Source: Mobula hypostoma
Taxonomy: Eukaryota
Direction: 5' to 3'
Length of the DNA: 64,000 bases
Assembly (NCBI RefSeq): GCF_963921235.1
Contig: NC_086109.1
Coordinates: 6,140,001-6,204,000 of the forward strand
A program made the translations under genes and the position numbers. Positions 1 through 13,260 of this stretch are shown here, in pieces (the stretch's first letter is position 1; the number at the start of each line of letters is the position of its first letter). Under the pieces are notes generated by a model. It saw nothing but the letters and a program-made list of their open reading frames with translations. It searched no databases and was not told where the DNA came from.

Positions 1-478
1 ATGTCCCTCTGTTCTGAGGCTGTGTCCTCCAGACCTAGACTGCCCCACTACAGGAAACATCCTCTCCGCATCCACTCTATTTGTGTCCTCTGGGCCTATC
101 CTGCCCCACTACAGGAAACATCCTCTCCACATCCACTCTATCTGTGTCCTCTGGACCTATACTGCCCCACTACAGGAAGCATCCTCTCCGCATCCACTCT
201 ATCTGTGTCCTCTGGACCTATACTCTCCCACTGTAGGAAACATCCTCTCCACATCCACTCTATCTGTGTCCTCTGGACCTATACTGCCCCACTACAGGAA
301 ACATCCTCTCCACATCCGCTCTATCTAGACCTTTCAATATTCAATAGGTTTCAATGAGATCCCACCTCCCCCTACCATTCTTCAAAACTCCAGTGAGTAC
401 AGGCCCAGAGTCATCAAATGTTCCTCATATGTTAACTCTTTCATTCTTGGGATCATTCTTATGAATCTCCTCTGGACC
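1..478 (-). mobile_element. CR1 LINE 3' relic, with its terminal part expanded into a tandem array
   Basis: The reverse complement matches the CR1 ORF2 3' region seen in the fuller copies at about 3000-3260 and 8100-8330. Confidence 0.75.
21..325. repeat. 61-bp tandem repeat, 5 copies
   Basis: TGTGTCCTC recurs at 21, 82, 143, 204 and 265 (period 61) in near-identical units. Confidence 0.9.
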
Positions 479-619
479 CAGTTATATTGAAACAGTACAA
501 ATCACTAGGCATAATTCTATCTTCTGGAATCTAAATGTCAATCTTTTGGAATATATTTTATTATTTGTTAATTTATTTGTGCTAATATTATTATATTATT
601 TTGTGTGAAAGTCAGGACA

Positions 620-3520
620 AAGTTAGGAATCAAAAGGTTGAGCATGTTGTGACTTGTGTCCTGAGCTGCATATGTTTCAATGTAAAAATGATCGTAGGAA
701 AGGCAGGTAACAGTGTTGAAGATGAGGTAGCTGGTTTACAAACAGAGGCGATGTGTAGTGAGGAGAGGCTGCTGAAAGGACAAAATTGCAGACAACAGGA
801 TGAGTTGCAATGTAAAAGGCGGACAAAATCGAAAAGGATGAATACAGGACTGAAGGTGTTGTATTTGAATGCACGTAGTATGCAGAATAAGGTAGATGAA
901 CTTGCAGCACAGTTGTGGATTGGCAGGTATGATGTTGTAGGCATCACTGAATCGTGGCTGAAAGAGGATTATAGCTGGGACCTTAAAGTTCAAGGATACA
1001 CGTTGTATCAAAAGGACAGGCAGGAAAGCAGAGGGGGCAGTGTTGCTCTGTTGGTAAGAAATGAAATCAAATCATAAGAAAGAGGTAACAGGGTTGAAAG
1101 GGTTGAATCATTGTGGAGAGAGCTAAGGAACTGCAAGAGTAAAAAGAGTTGTATATACCGACCCCACTAAAGGATCAGCTATTCTGGATTGGGCGATGTG
1201 CAAAGAACCAGAATTGATTAGAGACCTTAAGATAAAAGAACCCTTGGGGGAAAGTGATCATAATATGAATGAATTCACCCTGAACTTTGAGAAGGACAAG
1301 CTGAAGTCAGATGTATCAGTATTACAGTGGAGTACAGGGAATTACAGCGGCATGAGAGAGGAGTTGGCCAGAATTGATTGGAAAAGAACACTGGCAGGGA
1401 TGATGGCATGATGATAGAGCAGCAATGGCTGGAATTTCTGGAAGCAATTCAGAAGGCACAGGATATATACATCCCAAAGAGGAAGAAGTATTCTAAAGGA
1501 AAGATGGTACAACCATGGCTAACAAGAGAAGTCAAAACCAACATAAAAGCCATGGAGAGGGCATATAATAGAGCAAAAATTCATGGGAAGTTAGAGGTTC
1601 GAGAAGCTTTTAAAAACCAACAGAAGGTAATTTAAAAAGTCATTAAAAAGGTAAAGGTAGAATGCAAAAGTAAGCTAGACAATAATTTTAAAGAGAATGC
1701 CAAAAGTTTCTTCAGGTAAATAAAGTGTAAGAGAGAGGCGAGAGTGGATATCGGACTGCTGAAAAACAATGTAGGAGAGGTAGTATTGTACTGGGGAACA
1801 ACAAAATAGTGGATGAACTGAATAAGTATTTTGCATCATTCTTCACAGTAGAGGACACTAGCAGTATGATGGCAGTTCCAGGTGTCAGGGGTCATGAAGT
1901 GTGTGAAGTTACCGTAACTAGAGAGAGGGCTCTTTGGAAATGGAAAGATCTGAAGGTAGATAAATCACCTGCACCACCTCTTCTGAAAGAGGTAGCTAAA
2001 GAGAATGTGGAGGCATCAGTAATGATATTTCAGGAATCTCTAGGTCCTGGAAAGGTTTCAGAAGACTGGAAAACTGCAAATGTTACTTCACTCTTCAAGA
2101 AGGGAGAGAGGCAGAAGAGAGGAAACTATCGGCCAGTTAGTCTGACCTCAGTGGCTGGGAAGATGTTGGAGTTGATTATTGAGGATAAGGTCTCAGGGTA
2201 TTGGAGGCACATGACAAAATAGGCCATAGTCAGCACAGTTTGCTCAAGGGAAAATCTTGCCTGACAAATCTGTTAGAATTCTTTGAAGAAATAACTAGCA
2301 GGATAGACAAAGGAGAATCAATTGATGATGTGTACTTGGATTTTCAGAAGCCCATTAACAAGGTGCCACACATGAGGCTGCTTAACAAGCTACAAGCCCA
2401 TGGTATTACAGGAAAGATTCTAGCGTGGATAAAGCAGTGGTTGATTGGAAGATGACAAAGAGTGGGAATGAAGGGAGCCTTTTCTGGCTGGCTGCCGCTG
2501 ACTACCTGTGTTCCACAGGGGTGTGTGTTGGGACCGTTTCTTTTTATGTTATATGTCAATGATTTGGATGATGGATTGATGGCTTTGTTGCAAAGTTTGC
2601 AGATGACATGAAGATAGATGGAGGGGCGGGTAGATTTGATGAAGTAGAGAGGCTACAGAAGGACTAAGACAGGTTGGGAGAATGGGCAAAGAAATGGCAG
2701 ATGGAATACAGTGTCGGGAAGTGTATGGTCATGCACTTTGCTAGAAGAAATGAAAGTGTTGACTCTTTTCTAAATGGAGAGAAAATACAAAACTCTGAGG
2801 TACAAAGGGACTTGGAAGTTTTTGTGCAGGATTCCCTTAAAGTTAATTTGCAGGTTGAGGCTGTGGCGAGGAAGACAAATGTGATATTAGCATTCATTTC
2901 AAGAGGACTAGAATATAAAAGCAAGGATGTAATGTTGAGACTTTATAAAGCATTGGTGAGACTCACTTGGAGTATTGTGAGCAGGTTTGGGCCCCTTACC
3001 TTAGAAAGGATGTGCTGAAACTGGAGAGGGTTCAAAGGAGGTTCATGAAAATTATTCCAGAATTGAATGACTTGTCATAGGAATAGTGTTTGATGGCTCT
3101 GGGCCTGTATTCACTAGAATTCAGAAGAATGAGAGGTGACTCCATTGAAACCTATAAGATGTTGAAAGGCCTTGATAGAGAGGATGTGGAGAGGATGCTT
3201 CCTATGGTGGGAGAATCTAGGACCAGAGGACACAGCCTCAGAATAGAGGGGCAGCCTTTTAGAATGGAGATGAGGGGCAATTTCTTTAGCCAGAGAATGG
3301 TGAATCTGTGGAATCCTTTGCCACAGCCCACTGTGGAGGACAAATCTTTATGTATATTTAAGATGGAGGTTGCTAGTTTCTTGATTAGAAAGGGATATGG
3401 GGAGAAGGCAGGAGATTGGGGCTGAAAGAAAAATTGGACCAGTCATGATGGAATGGTGTAGCAGACTTGATGGGCCAAATGGCCTAATTCTGTTCCTATA
3501 TTTTATGGTATTTTATGTAG
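620..3520 (+). mobile_element. CR1 LINE ORF2 relic (APE endonuclease + RT), frameshifted
   Basis: Fragmentary ORFs contain LYLNARS, GITESW, LGESDHN, NYRPVSLTS and KGKSCLTNLLEFFEE, plus the CR1 C-terminus (LYSLEFRRMRGD) and a TATGG-type tail. Confidence 0.92.
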
Positions 3521-3664
3521 TGTTGCACCTTGGCCCAGAGGACTGTTGGTTCATTTGGCAGTATTCATGTCTATGGCCGAATGAAAGCAAACCATAATTG
3601 AAGTATCTGCCACACTTTAAGACACATATGGAAACCCCAGAGAGGGTGAATAATTAGGGAGATT

Positions 3665-3890
3665 TAGAGTTAGAGACTTCCAGCAGGGTAACAGGCCCTT
3701 CCGGCCCAACGAGCCTGCGCTACCCAACCATACCCATGTAACCAATTAACCAGCTGACCCGTACGCCTTTGGAATGCGAGAGGAAACCCACACAGTCACG
3801 GGGAGAATGTACAAACTTCTTGCAGACTGTGGCGGGAATTGATTCCAGGTCACCGGTGCTGTAATAGCATTACACTAAACTCTACACTAC
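3665..3890 (-). mobile_element. tRNA-derived V-domain SINE (HE1-like)
   Basis: The reverse complement carries the V-domain-like core (gtttgtacattctccccgtgactgtgtgggtttcctc) shared with other copies in the window. Confidence 0.65.
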
Positions 3891-4424
3891 AATGCATTAT
3901 TTATACTGCTAGAAACCATTGTTTTTTAAAAAATACTTTTTATAAGATGAACTAATGTTAGACTAAAGTTCCATTTTCAAGTTTTCTACTTTTTAACAAG
4001 CTCATGTATGTTTCACAGTATGTGGTGGTTCATTCCCACTCATTGGCAGAAAGCGTTATAGCAGCTAAACTAACCGTTTATCACCTTCCTCATTTTCCAT
4101 TGGCTATATATTAGCACATCACCCACATAATGTAATTCTGTAACCATGGATTGGTTTAGTTTTTCTAAGGAATTTTCCTTATCTCAACTACACAGCTGAT
4201 GGATTTTCCAGAGGTGACATCTTTTTGTCTTTACATTCTCTGCCGTCATTTGCCTCTTAGCATTGTTTCTCAGCTCTTTATTTAGCTTGCTTTGTATTTG
4301 TATGTTTGTTTGCACTTTAAAACAAATGATTGTTAAGAATTAAGACTGTTCATGATTCCTAACACCCAGAAGAACCCTAAGGATCAGAAAATACACTTAA
4401 ATCCACCAATAGGAATATTCTCCC

Positions 4425-4915
4425 TGCCTCCCAAGACTGAAAGAAGCTGCAGAAGATCGTGAACACGGCGCAGCACATCACACAAACTAATCTTCCGTCC
4501 TTGGACTCACTTTACACCGCACGCTGTCGGAGCAGTGCTGCCAGGATAATCAAGGACATGACCCACCCCGCCAACACAGTTCTCGTCCCTCTTCCCTCCG
4601 GGAGAAGGCTCAGGAGCTTGAAGACTCGCACGGCCAGATTTGGGAACAGCTTCTTTCCAACTGTGATAAGACTGCTGAACGGATCCTGACCCGGATCTGG
4701 GCCGTACCCTCCAAATATCCGGACCTGCCTCCTGGTTTTTTTACACTACCTTACTTTTCCTTTTCTATTTTCTATTTATGATTTATAATTTAAATTTTTA
4801 CTATTTACTATTGATTTGTACTCCAGGGAACGCAAAGCGCAGAATCAAATATTGCTGTGATGATTGTACGCTCTAGTATCAATTGTTCGGCAACAATAAA
4901 GTAATAAAGTATGAA
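4425..4915 (+). mobile_element. Rex1/Babar-like LINE 3' fragment
   Basis: The ORF reads ...IIKDMTHPAN...PLPSGRRLRSLKTRTARFGNSFFPTVIRLLN, a typical C-terminus, followed by an AATAAAGT-repeat tail. Confidence 0.75.
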
Positions 4916-5678
4916 AGTAATAAAGTTTTCAGTTATTTCATTAATCAGGAAAACTCGGTTTGTTCCTGGAAGAAAGAAAGGTGAGATTTGATTGCAGTGT
5001 ACATAGTGTAATAGTGCTAGACAGAGAATGGAGTGGAGATGGTTCAAGGAGCGGAAGGCAAAAATATAGTAAAATTGTTCAATAGTTCCATTTACTGTCA
5101 GAGGATGTGTACATTATACAACCTGAAATTCTTACTCTCCCCAGACATCCTCGAAACAGAGGAAAAACCCCAAAGAATGAACGACAGAAAAAGTGCAAAA
5201 CCTCAAAGTTCCTTGCCCCCTCCCCCTCCCATGCACAAGCAGTATCAACCCCCCCATCCACCTCCCCCACTTATTCGAGCTTAAAGCATCAGCATTCCCA
5301 CCACCCACCACGCAAGGAACAGCAAAATCCCTAAAGAGAGATCATGGTCCACAGTACATTAAAAACTAACTGTTCACTCCAGTATTTCCAACATCCTGCA
5401 GGCACTGTCTCTCACTAACGAGGCAGAGACAGCTATCACACCTTCCACGGCAACGGGGGAGACAGCAGTCGCGATTTTGATGTTACAGTCAGCAATCAGA
5501 TGAGCAGTACTGTAATTAAAAGATTGTGAGGAGACATTGTGAGACCCAGAGGCTTTTACCCAGCACAGAAAGTTTAGGGAGGATGTCAAAGGTAGGTTTT
5601 TTTGACACAGGGAGTGGTGAGTGCGTAGGACTCACTGCCAGGGGTGGTGGAAGAGGCAGATACATTAAGGACATTTAA

Positions 5679-8610
5679 TAAAGTTGCAGTGAAATCAAAG
5701 CGAAAAGTACTAAATACTGGTCCTAAGGTGTTGTACTTCAATGCACACAGCATAAGGAATAGGGTGGATGATCTTGTCGTACAGCTACAGATTGGCAGGT
5801 ATGATATTGTGGCCATCACTGAGACATGGCTAAAGGATGCATGTCTCTGGGAGTTGAACATCCAAGGATACACGGTGTATCGGAAGGATAGGAAGGTAGG
5901 CAGAGGGGGAGGCGTGGCTTTATTGGTAAGAAATGATATTAAATCATTAGAAAGACGTGGTATAGGATCAGAAGGTGCAGAATCTTTATGGGTTGAGCTA
6001 AGAAATCGCAGGGGTAAAAGGACCCTGATGGCAGTTATTTATAAGCCTCCAAACAGCTGCGGTGATGTGGACTACAAACTACAACAGGAAATAGAAAAGG
6101 CTTGTCAGAAGGGCAGTGTTATGGTAATTGTGGGGGATTTTAACATGTGAGTGGATTGGGAAAATCAGGTCGGCACTGGATCTCAAGAGAGAGAATTTGT
6201 AGAATGTCTGCAAGATGGCTTTTTAGAACAGCTCGTTGTTGATCCCACTAGGGGATTGGCTGTACTGGATTGGGTATTGTGTAAGAACCGGAGGTGATTA
6301 GAGAGATTGAGGTGAAGGAACCCTTAGGAGGCAGTGATCATAACATGACTGAGTTCACTGTGGAATTTGAAGAGAAGCCGAAATCTGATGTGTCGGTATT
6401 TCAGTGGAGTAAAGGAAATTACAGTGGCATGAGAGAGGAACTGGCCAAAGTTGACTGGAAAGGGACACTAGCGGGAAGGTCGGCAGAGCAGCAGTGGCTG
6501 GAGTTTATGTGAGAACTGAGGAAAGTGCAAGACAGGTATATTCCAAAAAAGAAGAAATTTTCGAATGGAAAAAGGATGCAACCATGGCTGACAAAGGAAG
6601 TCAAAGCCAAAGTTAAAGCAAAGGAGAGGGCATACAAGGAAGCAAAAATTAGTGGGAAAACAGAGGATTGGAAAGTTTTTAAAAACTTACAAAAGGAGAC
6701 TAAGAAGGTCATTAAGAGGGAAAAGATTAACTATGAAAGGAAGCTAGCAAATAATATCAGAGAGGATACTAAAAACTTTTTCAAGTATATAAAGAGTAAA
6801 AGACAGGTGAGAGTAGATATAGGACCGATAGAAAATGATGCTGGAGAAATTGTAATGGGAGATAAGGAGATGGCGGAGGAACTGAACGAATATTTTGCAT
6901 CAGTCTTCACTGAGGAAGACATCAGCAGTATACCGGGCACTCAAGGGTGGCAGGGAAGGGAAGTGTGCGCAGTCACAATTACGACAGAGAAAGTACTCAG
7001 GAAGCTGAATAGGCTAAAGGTAGATAAATCTCCCGGACCAGATGGAATGCACCCTCGTGTTCTGAAGGAAGTAGCTGTGGAGATTGCGGAGGCATTATCG
7101 ATGATCTTTCAAAAGTCGATAGATTCTGGCATGGTTCCGGGGGACTGGAAGATTGCAAATGTCACTCCGCTATTTAAGAAGGGGGCAAGGAAGCAAAAAG
7201 GAAATTATAGACCTGTTAGCTTGACATCGGTGGTTGGGAAGTTGTTGGAGTCAATTGTCAAGGATGAGGTTACGGAGTACCTGGAGGCATATGACAAGAT
7301 AGGCAGAACTCAGCATGGATTCCTTAAAGGAAAATCCTGCCTGACAAACATATTACAATTTTTTGAGGAAATTACAAGTAGGCTGGACAAGGGAGATGTA
7401 GTGGATGTTGTATATTTGGATTTTCAGAAGGCCTTTAACAAGGTGCCACACATGAGGCTACTTAACAAGATAAGAGCCCATGGAATTACGGGAAAGTTAC
7501 ATACATGGATAGAGCGTTGGCTGATTGGAAGGAAACAGAGTGTGAGAATAAAGGGATCCTATTCTGGTTGGCTGCTGGTTACCAGTGGTGTTCCACAGGG
7601 GTCCGTGTTGGGACCGCTTCTTTTTACATTGTACATCAACGATTTGGATTATGGATTAGATGGTTTTGTGGCTAAGTTTGCTGACGATACAAAGATAGGT
7701 GGAGGGGCAGGTAGTGCTAAGGAAACAGAGTCTGCAGAGAGACTTGGATAGATTGGAAGAATGGGCAAAGAAGTGACAACTGAAATACAATGTTGGAAAG
7801 CGTATGATTATGCACTTTAGCAGAAGAAATAAATGGGCAGACTATTGTTTAAATGGGGAGAGAATTCAAAGTTCTGAGATGCAACGGGACTTGGGAGTCC
7901 TCGTACAGGATACCCATAAGGTTAACCTCCAGGTTGAGTCGATGGTGAAGAAGGCAAATGCAATGTTGGCATTCATTTCTAGAGGAATAGAGTATAGGAG
8001 CAGGGATGTGATGTTGAGGCTCTATAAGGCGCTGGTGAGACCTCACTTGGAGTACTGTGGGCAGTTTTGGTCTCCTTATTGAAGAAAGGATGTGCTGACA
8101 TTGGAGAGGGTACAGAGAAGATTCACTAGAATGATTCCAGGAATGAGAGGGTTAACATATAAGGAACGTTTGTCCGCTCTTGGACTGTATTCCTTGGAGT
8201 TTAGAAGAATGAGGGGAGACCTCATAGAGACATTTCGAATGTTGAAAGGCATGGACAGAGTGGATGTGGCAAAGTTGTTTCCTATGATGGGGGAGTCTAG
8301 TACGAGAGGGCATGACTTAAGGATTGAAGGGCGCCCATTCAGAACAGAAATGCGAAGAGATTTTTTTAGCCAGAGGGTGGTGAATCTATGGAATTTGTTG
8401 CCACGGGCGGCAGTGGAGGCCAAGTTATTGGGTGTATTTAAGGCAGAGATTGATAGGTATCTGAGTAGCCAGGGCATCAAAGGTTATGGTGAGAAGGCGG
8501 GGGAGTGGGACTAAATGGGAGAATGGATCAGCTCATGATAAAATGGCGGAGAAGACTTGATGGGCCGAATGGCCGATTTCTGCTCCTTTGTCTTATGGTC
8601 TTATGGTCTT
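5679..8610 (+). mobile_element. CR1 LINE, 5'-truncated, nearly complete ORF2 with several stops
   Basis: APE (YFNAHS, ITETW, GDFNM, SDHN) and RT ([15 protein letters not shown]) motifs and a (TTATGGTC)n tail. TSD ATTTAA at 5673-5678 and 8611-8616; inserted into an older CR1 3' fragment. Confidence 0.95.
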
Positions 8611-9374
8611 ATTTAAGACACTTAGATAAGCATAAGGAGATAGAGAAATAGAGGGTTATGTGAAAGGGAAGGGTTAGATTGATCTTGGTATAGTTAATGG
8701 GTCAGCGAAACATTTGGGCCAAAGAGCCTGTTCTATGTTCTGTGTAAAAATGAAAACAGTTCTGATTTGAAGCTGTAATGGTGGTGGGAATCAGGGCTCT
8801 CAAAAGGGAGAGAGTTATTGGCAGATCTTTGGGGAAGAGTAGGGGAAAGTGACTGACAGGATTTAGTGCAGTCTCTGTGGGGTGAATGGCCTCCTGCACT
8901 TTATCATCTACTGTTAGTGGCCTTTACCTCAGAAACGTGACCCCTGGCAACCATTGCCACGGAGACTAGGACTCTGCTCCAGGCTTTGGACCATCTCGCA
9001 GCAGGGTGGAGAATAAATTCTTCCGTGTGCACCCTGGGAAACGTCTCCTGACCCGAGCTGGCAGCGTGGTTAATGAGCGGCCCTTAACCTTCATCCACAC
9101 AAACTGCTTTGTGAGCTCATTACCAAATTATTCATTTGACTCATTCCGCAGAAGGTTTTCCTTCCCAACTCCTATTACCAGATTGCATAAGAGAAAAGGT
9201 AGACACAACACATTTTTCCTGAGCTTTGGAAATCCTTCATACGGTTTGATCCATTTTATTTATGTTTTGATGCTTGGAGGGCGAAGACATGCAACTTTTG
9301 TTGCACAGAGAATGAGGGAAAATAAATTAGACATCAGCCTTTTCTCCAAGTGTCTTGAGCTTAACCTTTCATAT

Positions 9375-9665
9375 TGTTTATTATTTGTTTGTTTATTTAT
9401 TTACTTAGAGACACAATGCAGAACAGGCCCTTCTGGCCCGTTGAGCCACACCGCCCAGCAACCCACCGATTTAACACCACCCTAATCACAGGACCATTTA
9501 CAACGACCAATTAACCCACTAACAGGTACACCTTTGGACTGTGGGAGGAAACCCACACGTTCATGGGGAGAACATACAAACTTCGTACTGCTGGAATTGA
9601 ACTCTGAACTCCAGAATGCCCCCAACTTTAATAGCATCGCACTAACCGATAAGTTACCATGGTGC
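9375..9665 (-). mobile_element. V-domain SINE (HE1-like)
   Basis: Same family as 3665-3890, 14150-14480 and 59400-59655, with a (TAAA)n-like tail on the minus strand. Confidence 0.65.
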
Positions 9666-9829
9666 TCCGTTGTATTAGAATTCAGTCCTTGCTCATATCC
9701 CTGGATTTACAGAATAGCGAACAGCTTACGATGCATGCAGGTGGAAACACTGAGCCATCCAAAAAAGCCACAGGTGGCTCTACGTATAAGCAAAGGTTTG
9801 GACTAGGATTTCAATATGGCCATTTTTGT

Positions 9830-12100
9830 CTTTCTTCTCAAATCTTTTTATTATTATTATATTATTCAAAAATAACACGAGTACATCGAAGTAAGCAACA
9901 CTTACAATGTCTCAAGGAAAAAAAATTATTTTAAAGATTAAAAAATTTTGGTGATGTTACGTACCCCATAACTGGGTTGCCAAACCAGCAGAAATGGATC
10001 ACTCAGTTGGAGTCTGGAGTACTAGAACTAAGAAAGTTTTATTAAAGAAACAAGCAACACAGTAATCGAAAGGATAATAAATGCAACAGTTCAGCAATGA
10101 TAAACACACATGTGCACAGAATTAAGATAACAGCATCAATCAAGCTCTATCGTTGTCTAGGGGTAAATGACCAATTTCAAAGTGACGCAAAGTTCAGTCC
10201 AATTTAGTTCAGTTTGCAGTAATCGTTGCCGTGGCGATGGACAATGTGGGGGGGGGGAGAGAGAGAGAACGAGAACGACTGATCATTCAGAACGGCTTCA
10301 CTCACAGACCAGCGAGGTGGCTCACAAGCAACTTTTGGGCGGGTCCTTGGTGATGTCACCTGAGGTCACCGACTGTGACCCCTCCTCCAGATGCGGTCGA
10401 TCCTCTGCAGTGAACCCAGCACCCAGGCAAGGGTGGACACACACCGGGTTCCCGCTGATCGTACCTTTCCACCCTGTGCGTTTAAGGCTTGGTTCCGCCA
10501 CCAGCCTTCCAAAACGACTCCCGCTGACTTGCGGGGGGGGGGGGCACCGCTTCCAGGGTCTCGTTACCTTGTGGTGTCGTGTGTCCCTGCCTTAGCGAAC
10601 CTGTCCCTTTTTATCCCCCTGCTGGGGTATCGCCTGTCCATCACTTCAAACAGTTCAGGGTTCAAAGGGGGAGCCGATCTTGACAATACCCAGACTGATG
10701 GCTCCTTCATTAACATCTCCAAATGCTGCTTCATTGTGTTCCTTATCTCTCCCTCCCCTGAGGACAGGTGGCAGACCAACTGCTGATGCCACTGATGCTA
10801 GCCCAGGCCAGCAAACATCTTAATTCATGTGTATTCTCGTCACAGTGATAATAAAAAAACCCTACTAAGCAGAAAAAGTGGGGGAAAAAACCTATTAGGT
10901 GTACAACCCCGGAGCCATGCGTCATACAAAAAGCTTTAAAAAGTAAATATCAAACCGCCAGCAGGAAAAAAATACCAAATATTTACAATTAAATCGTGGA
11001 GGAAATCTATCAGTTAACTCAAATGATAATAACGAGCAAATGAACCCCATCTTTTCTCAAAATCAAGTAAAGGTTCAAAGGTTCGACTTCTAATTTTCTC
11101 CAAACTAAGACATAGCGTCACTTGAGAGAAACATTGTGACAAAGTGGGAGCTGATGTATCCTTCCACTTCAACAAACTGGCTCTCCTAGCTATCAATGTA
11201 ACAAATGCAATAACATGTTGGTCGGACACAGAGATACCACGGTTATTTTGAGGAATTATTCCAAAAAGCACAGTCTGTGACAACATGCCAAATCTCCTCA
11301 AACTCCAAATGGAATGTAGCTGCTGTTGTGCCTTCTTCGTAATTGCATCAATATGTTGGGCCCACGGTAGACCTTCAGAGATGTAAACAGGTTGCAAATT
11401 AATTTTAAGTGCTTTAGAAATTGTCGGAAAAAACTGACTTCCAGAACTGTTCCTGATTAGAACAAGACCAAAACATGTGTGTCAGTGTAGCTGTCTCAGT
11501 TTTACATCTATCACAATAACTATCAACATTAAGAAATGTTTTAGACAATCGCTCCTTCACCAAATGGTAACGGTGTACAATTTTAAATTGAATCAGTGAA
11601 TGACTAGCACAGATCGAAGAAGAGTTAACCAGCTTCAGAATCCGCGTCCAATCCTCCATCATAAGTCAAATTGAGTTCCTTTTCCCAATCTTGTTTAATC
11701 TTAAATAAAGTTTGATTATCCCATTGTAATAATAAATTATAAATTCTTCCAATAGAACCCTTCGTCGAAGGGTTCATACTGATAATAGTATCTAACAGGT
11801 CAGCCTCCAATATGTAAGGAAAATTACTTAAATATTTTTGTAAGACATGTCTAACTTGAAGGTATTGTAAAAAGTGTGAGTATGAAAGAGAATATTTATC
11901 AACTAATTGTTCAAAAGACATCAATCTATCTTCTTTAAATAAATCCAAAGAACAATTAATACCTTTATTTTCCCAAAGTAAAAAAATTGGATCACTCAAA
12001 GAAGGCTTAAAAAAGTAATTTCGATAAATTAAACTACCAAGTTTAAATTTTTTAAGATTAAAAAAATTTGCGGAACTGGAGCCAAATTCGTAAAGAATGC
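9830..12100 (-). mobile_element. L1/Tx1-clade LINE 3' portion, interrupted by a solo LTR
   Basis: Minus-strand ORFs contain QFKIVHRYHL and C-x2-C...HMFWSC (zf-RVT). A 16-bp TSD ATATGGCCATTTTTGT lies at 9814-9829 and 12101-12116. Confidence 0.88.
9955..10844 (-). mobile_element. Solo LTR (890 bp) related to the LTRs at 17181-22019
   Basis: Reverse complement of the 837-bp LTR over most of its length, with TG...CA ends and TSD GTGA at 9951-9954 and 10845-10848. Confidence 0.95.
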
Positions 12101-12119
12101 ATATGGCCATTTTTGTAGT

Positions 12120-13260
12120 GTCCACGTTAACGTGAGCGGTTTCAAGTTCCTAGGGGTCAACATCTCTGAAGGTCTATCGTGGACCCAACATATTGATGCA
12201 ATTACGAAGAAGGCACGACAGCAGCTACATTCTATATGGAGTTTGAGGAGATTTGGCATGTTATCAGAGACTCCAGTAAATTTCTACAGTTGTAACTGGT
12301 TGCACCACAGTCTGATATGGAGGTCCCAAAACAGAAGATTGGGAAAAAAAAACTGCAGAGGGTTGTAAATTCAGCCAGCTCCACCACAGACACTCGCCTT
12401 CCCACCATCGGCGGCATATGGCATGAGGACAAGATGGTGGCGCGACGCAGCATGCGTAGCCTCTCTGGTGAAATTATATCATATTGTTAAATAGGGGCCG
12501 TGCACAATTCTGATTTGATGGAGACAGCCGTGAGAGCACAGAGGAACATCTGGAGCAACTTCTGAAATCCCCGGTTCGCTTTCGCTGCTACTGTGCGATC
12601 GAGAATCTCTGGAGGGAAGACCTCAAGATCCTCGGCTTTGCCTGCTGCTGGCAGCCGGCAGCCGGGGCTGGGGTCGAAGCGTTCGGCAGAGATGGTGCTT
12701 GGTGTCGGAGGGCTGGATGGAGCTTGAAGTTTTCGGACGATTTAGAGTCGGACTGTGGTCGGGCATGGCAGGGAGAGTTTTCTTCCTTCTCCCGTCTGAG
12801 TGAGATGTGGGACTTCCGAGAGACTTTGAATTTTTTACCGTGTTAATGGCCTGTTCTTCATCAAGTTACGGTATTGCTTGCACTGTTGTAACTATATGTT
12901 ATAATTATATGGGTTTTGTCAGTTTTTCAGTCTTGGTCTGTCCTGTGTTTCTGTGATATCACACCAGAGGAACATTGCATCATTTCTTAATGCATGCATT
13001 ACTAAATGACAGTAAAAGGGGACTGCGTGTCCTCATAATCTAATCTAATCTTCAAAAGACAACGCCTCAGGAAGGTGGCATTCATCACGATGGAGCCTCA
13101 CCATCCAGGACGTGCCCTCTTCTCATTACCACCATCAAGGAGGTAGTACAGGAGCGTGACACACAGTCAATATTTTAGAAACATTCTTTCCCATTTGACA
13201 TCATTTTTCTGAATAGCCCACAAACTCATCAACACTTCCTCCCTCTTTTGCTGTCTTAGA
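12120..13260 (+). mobile_element. Rex1-like LINE 3' fragment, interrupted by the element at 12431-13050
   Basis: FKFLGVNISEGLSWTQHIDAITKKARQQ motif; the sequence resumes after 13050 (HHPGRALFSLPPS-like). Confidence 0.7.
12431..13050 (+). mobile_element. Non-autonomous retroposon with AAGATGG start and (CTAAT)n tail
   Basis: A second colinear copy lies at about 62518-63185; both end in cataatctaatctaatc. Confidence 0.75.

Noticed and set aside
21..325. CRISPR-like array (also considered for 15885-16001)
   Set aside because: The units are contiguous with no unique spacers, and the context is eukaryotic.
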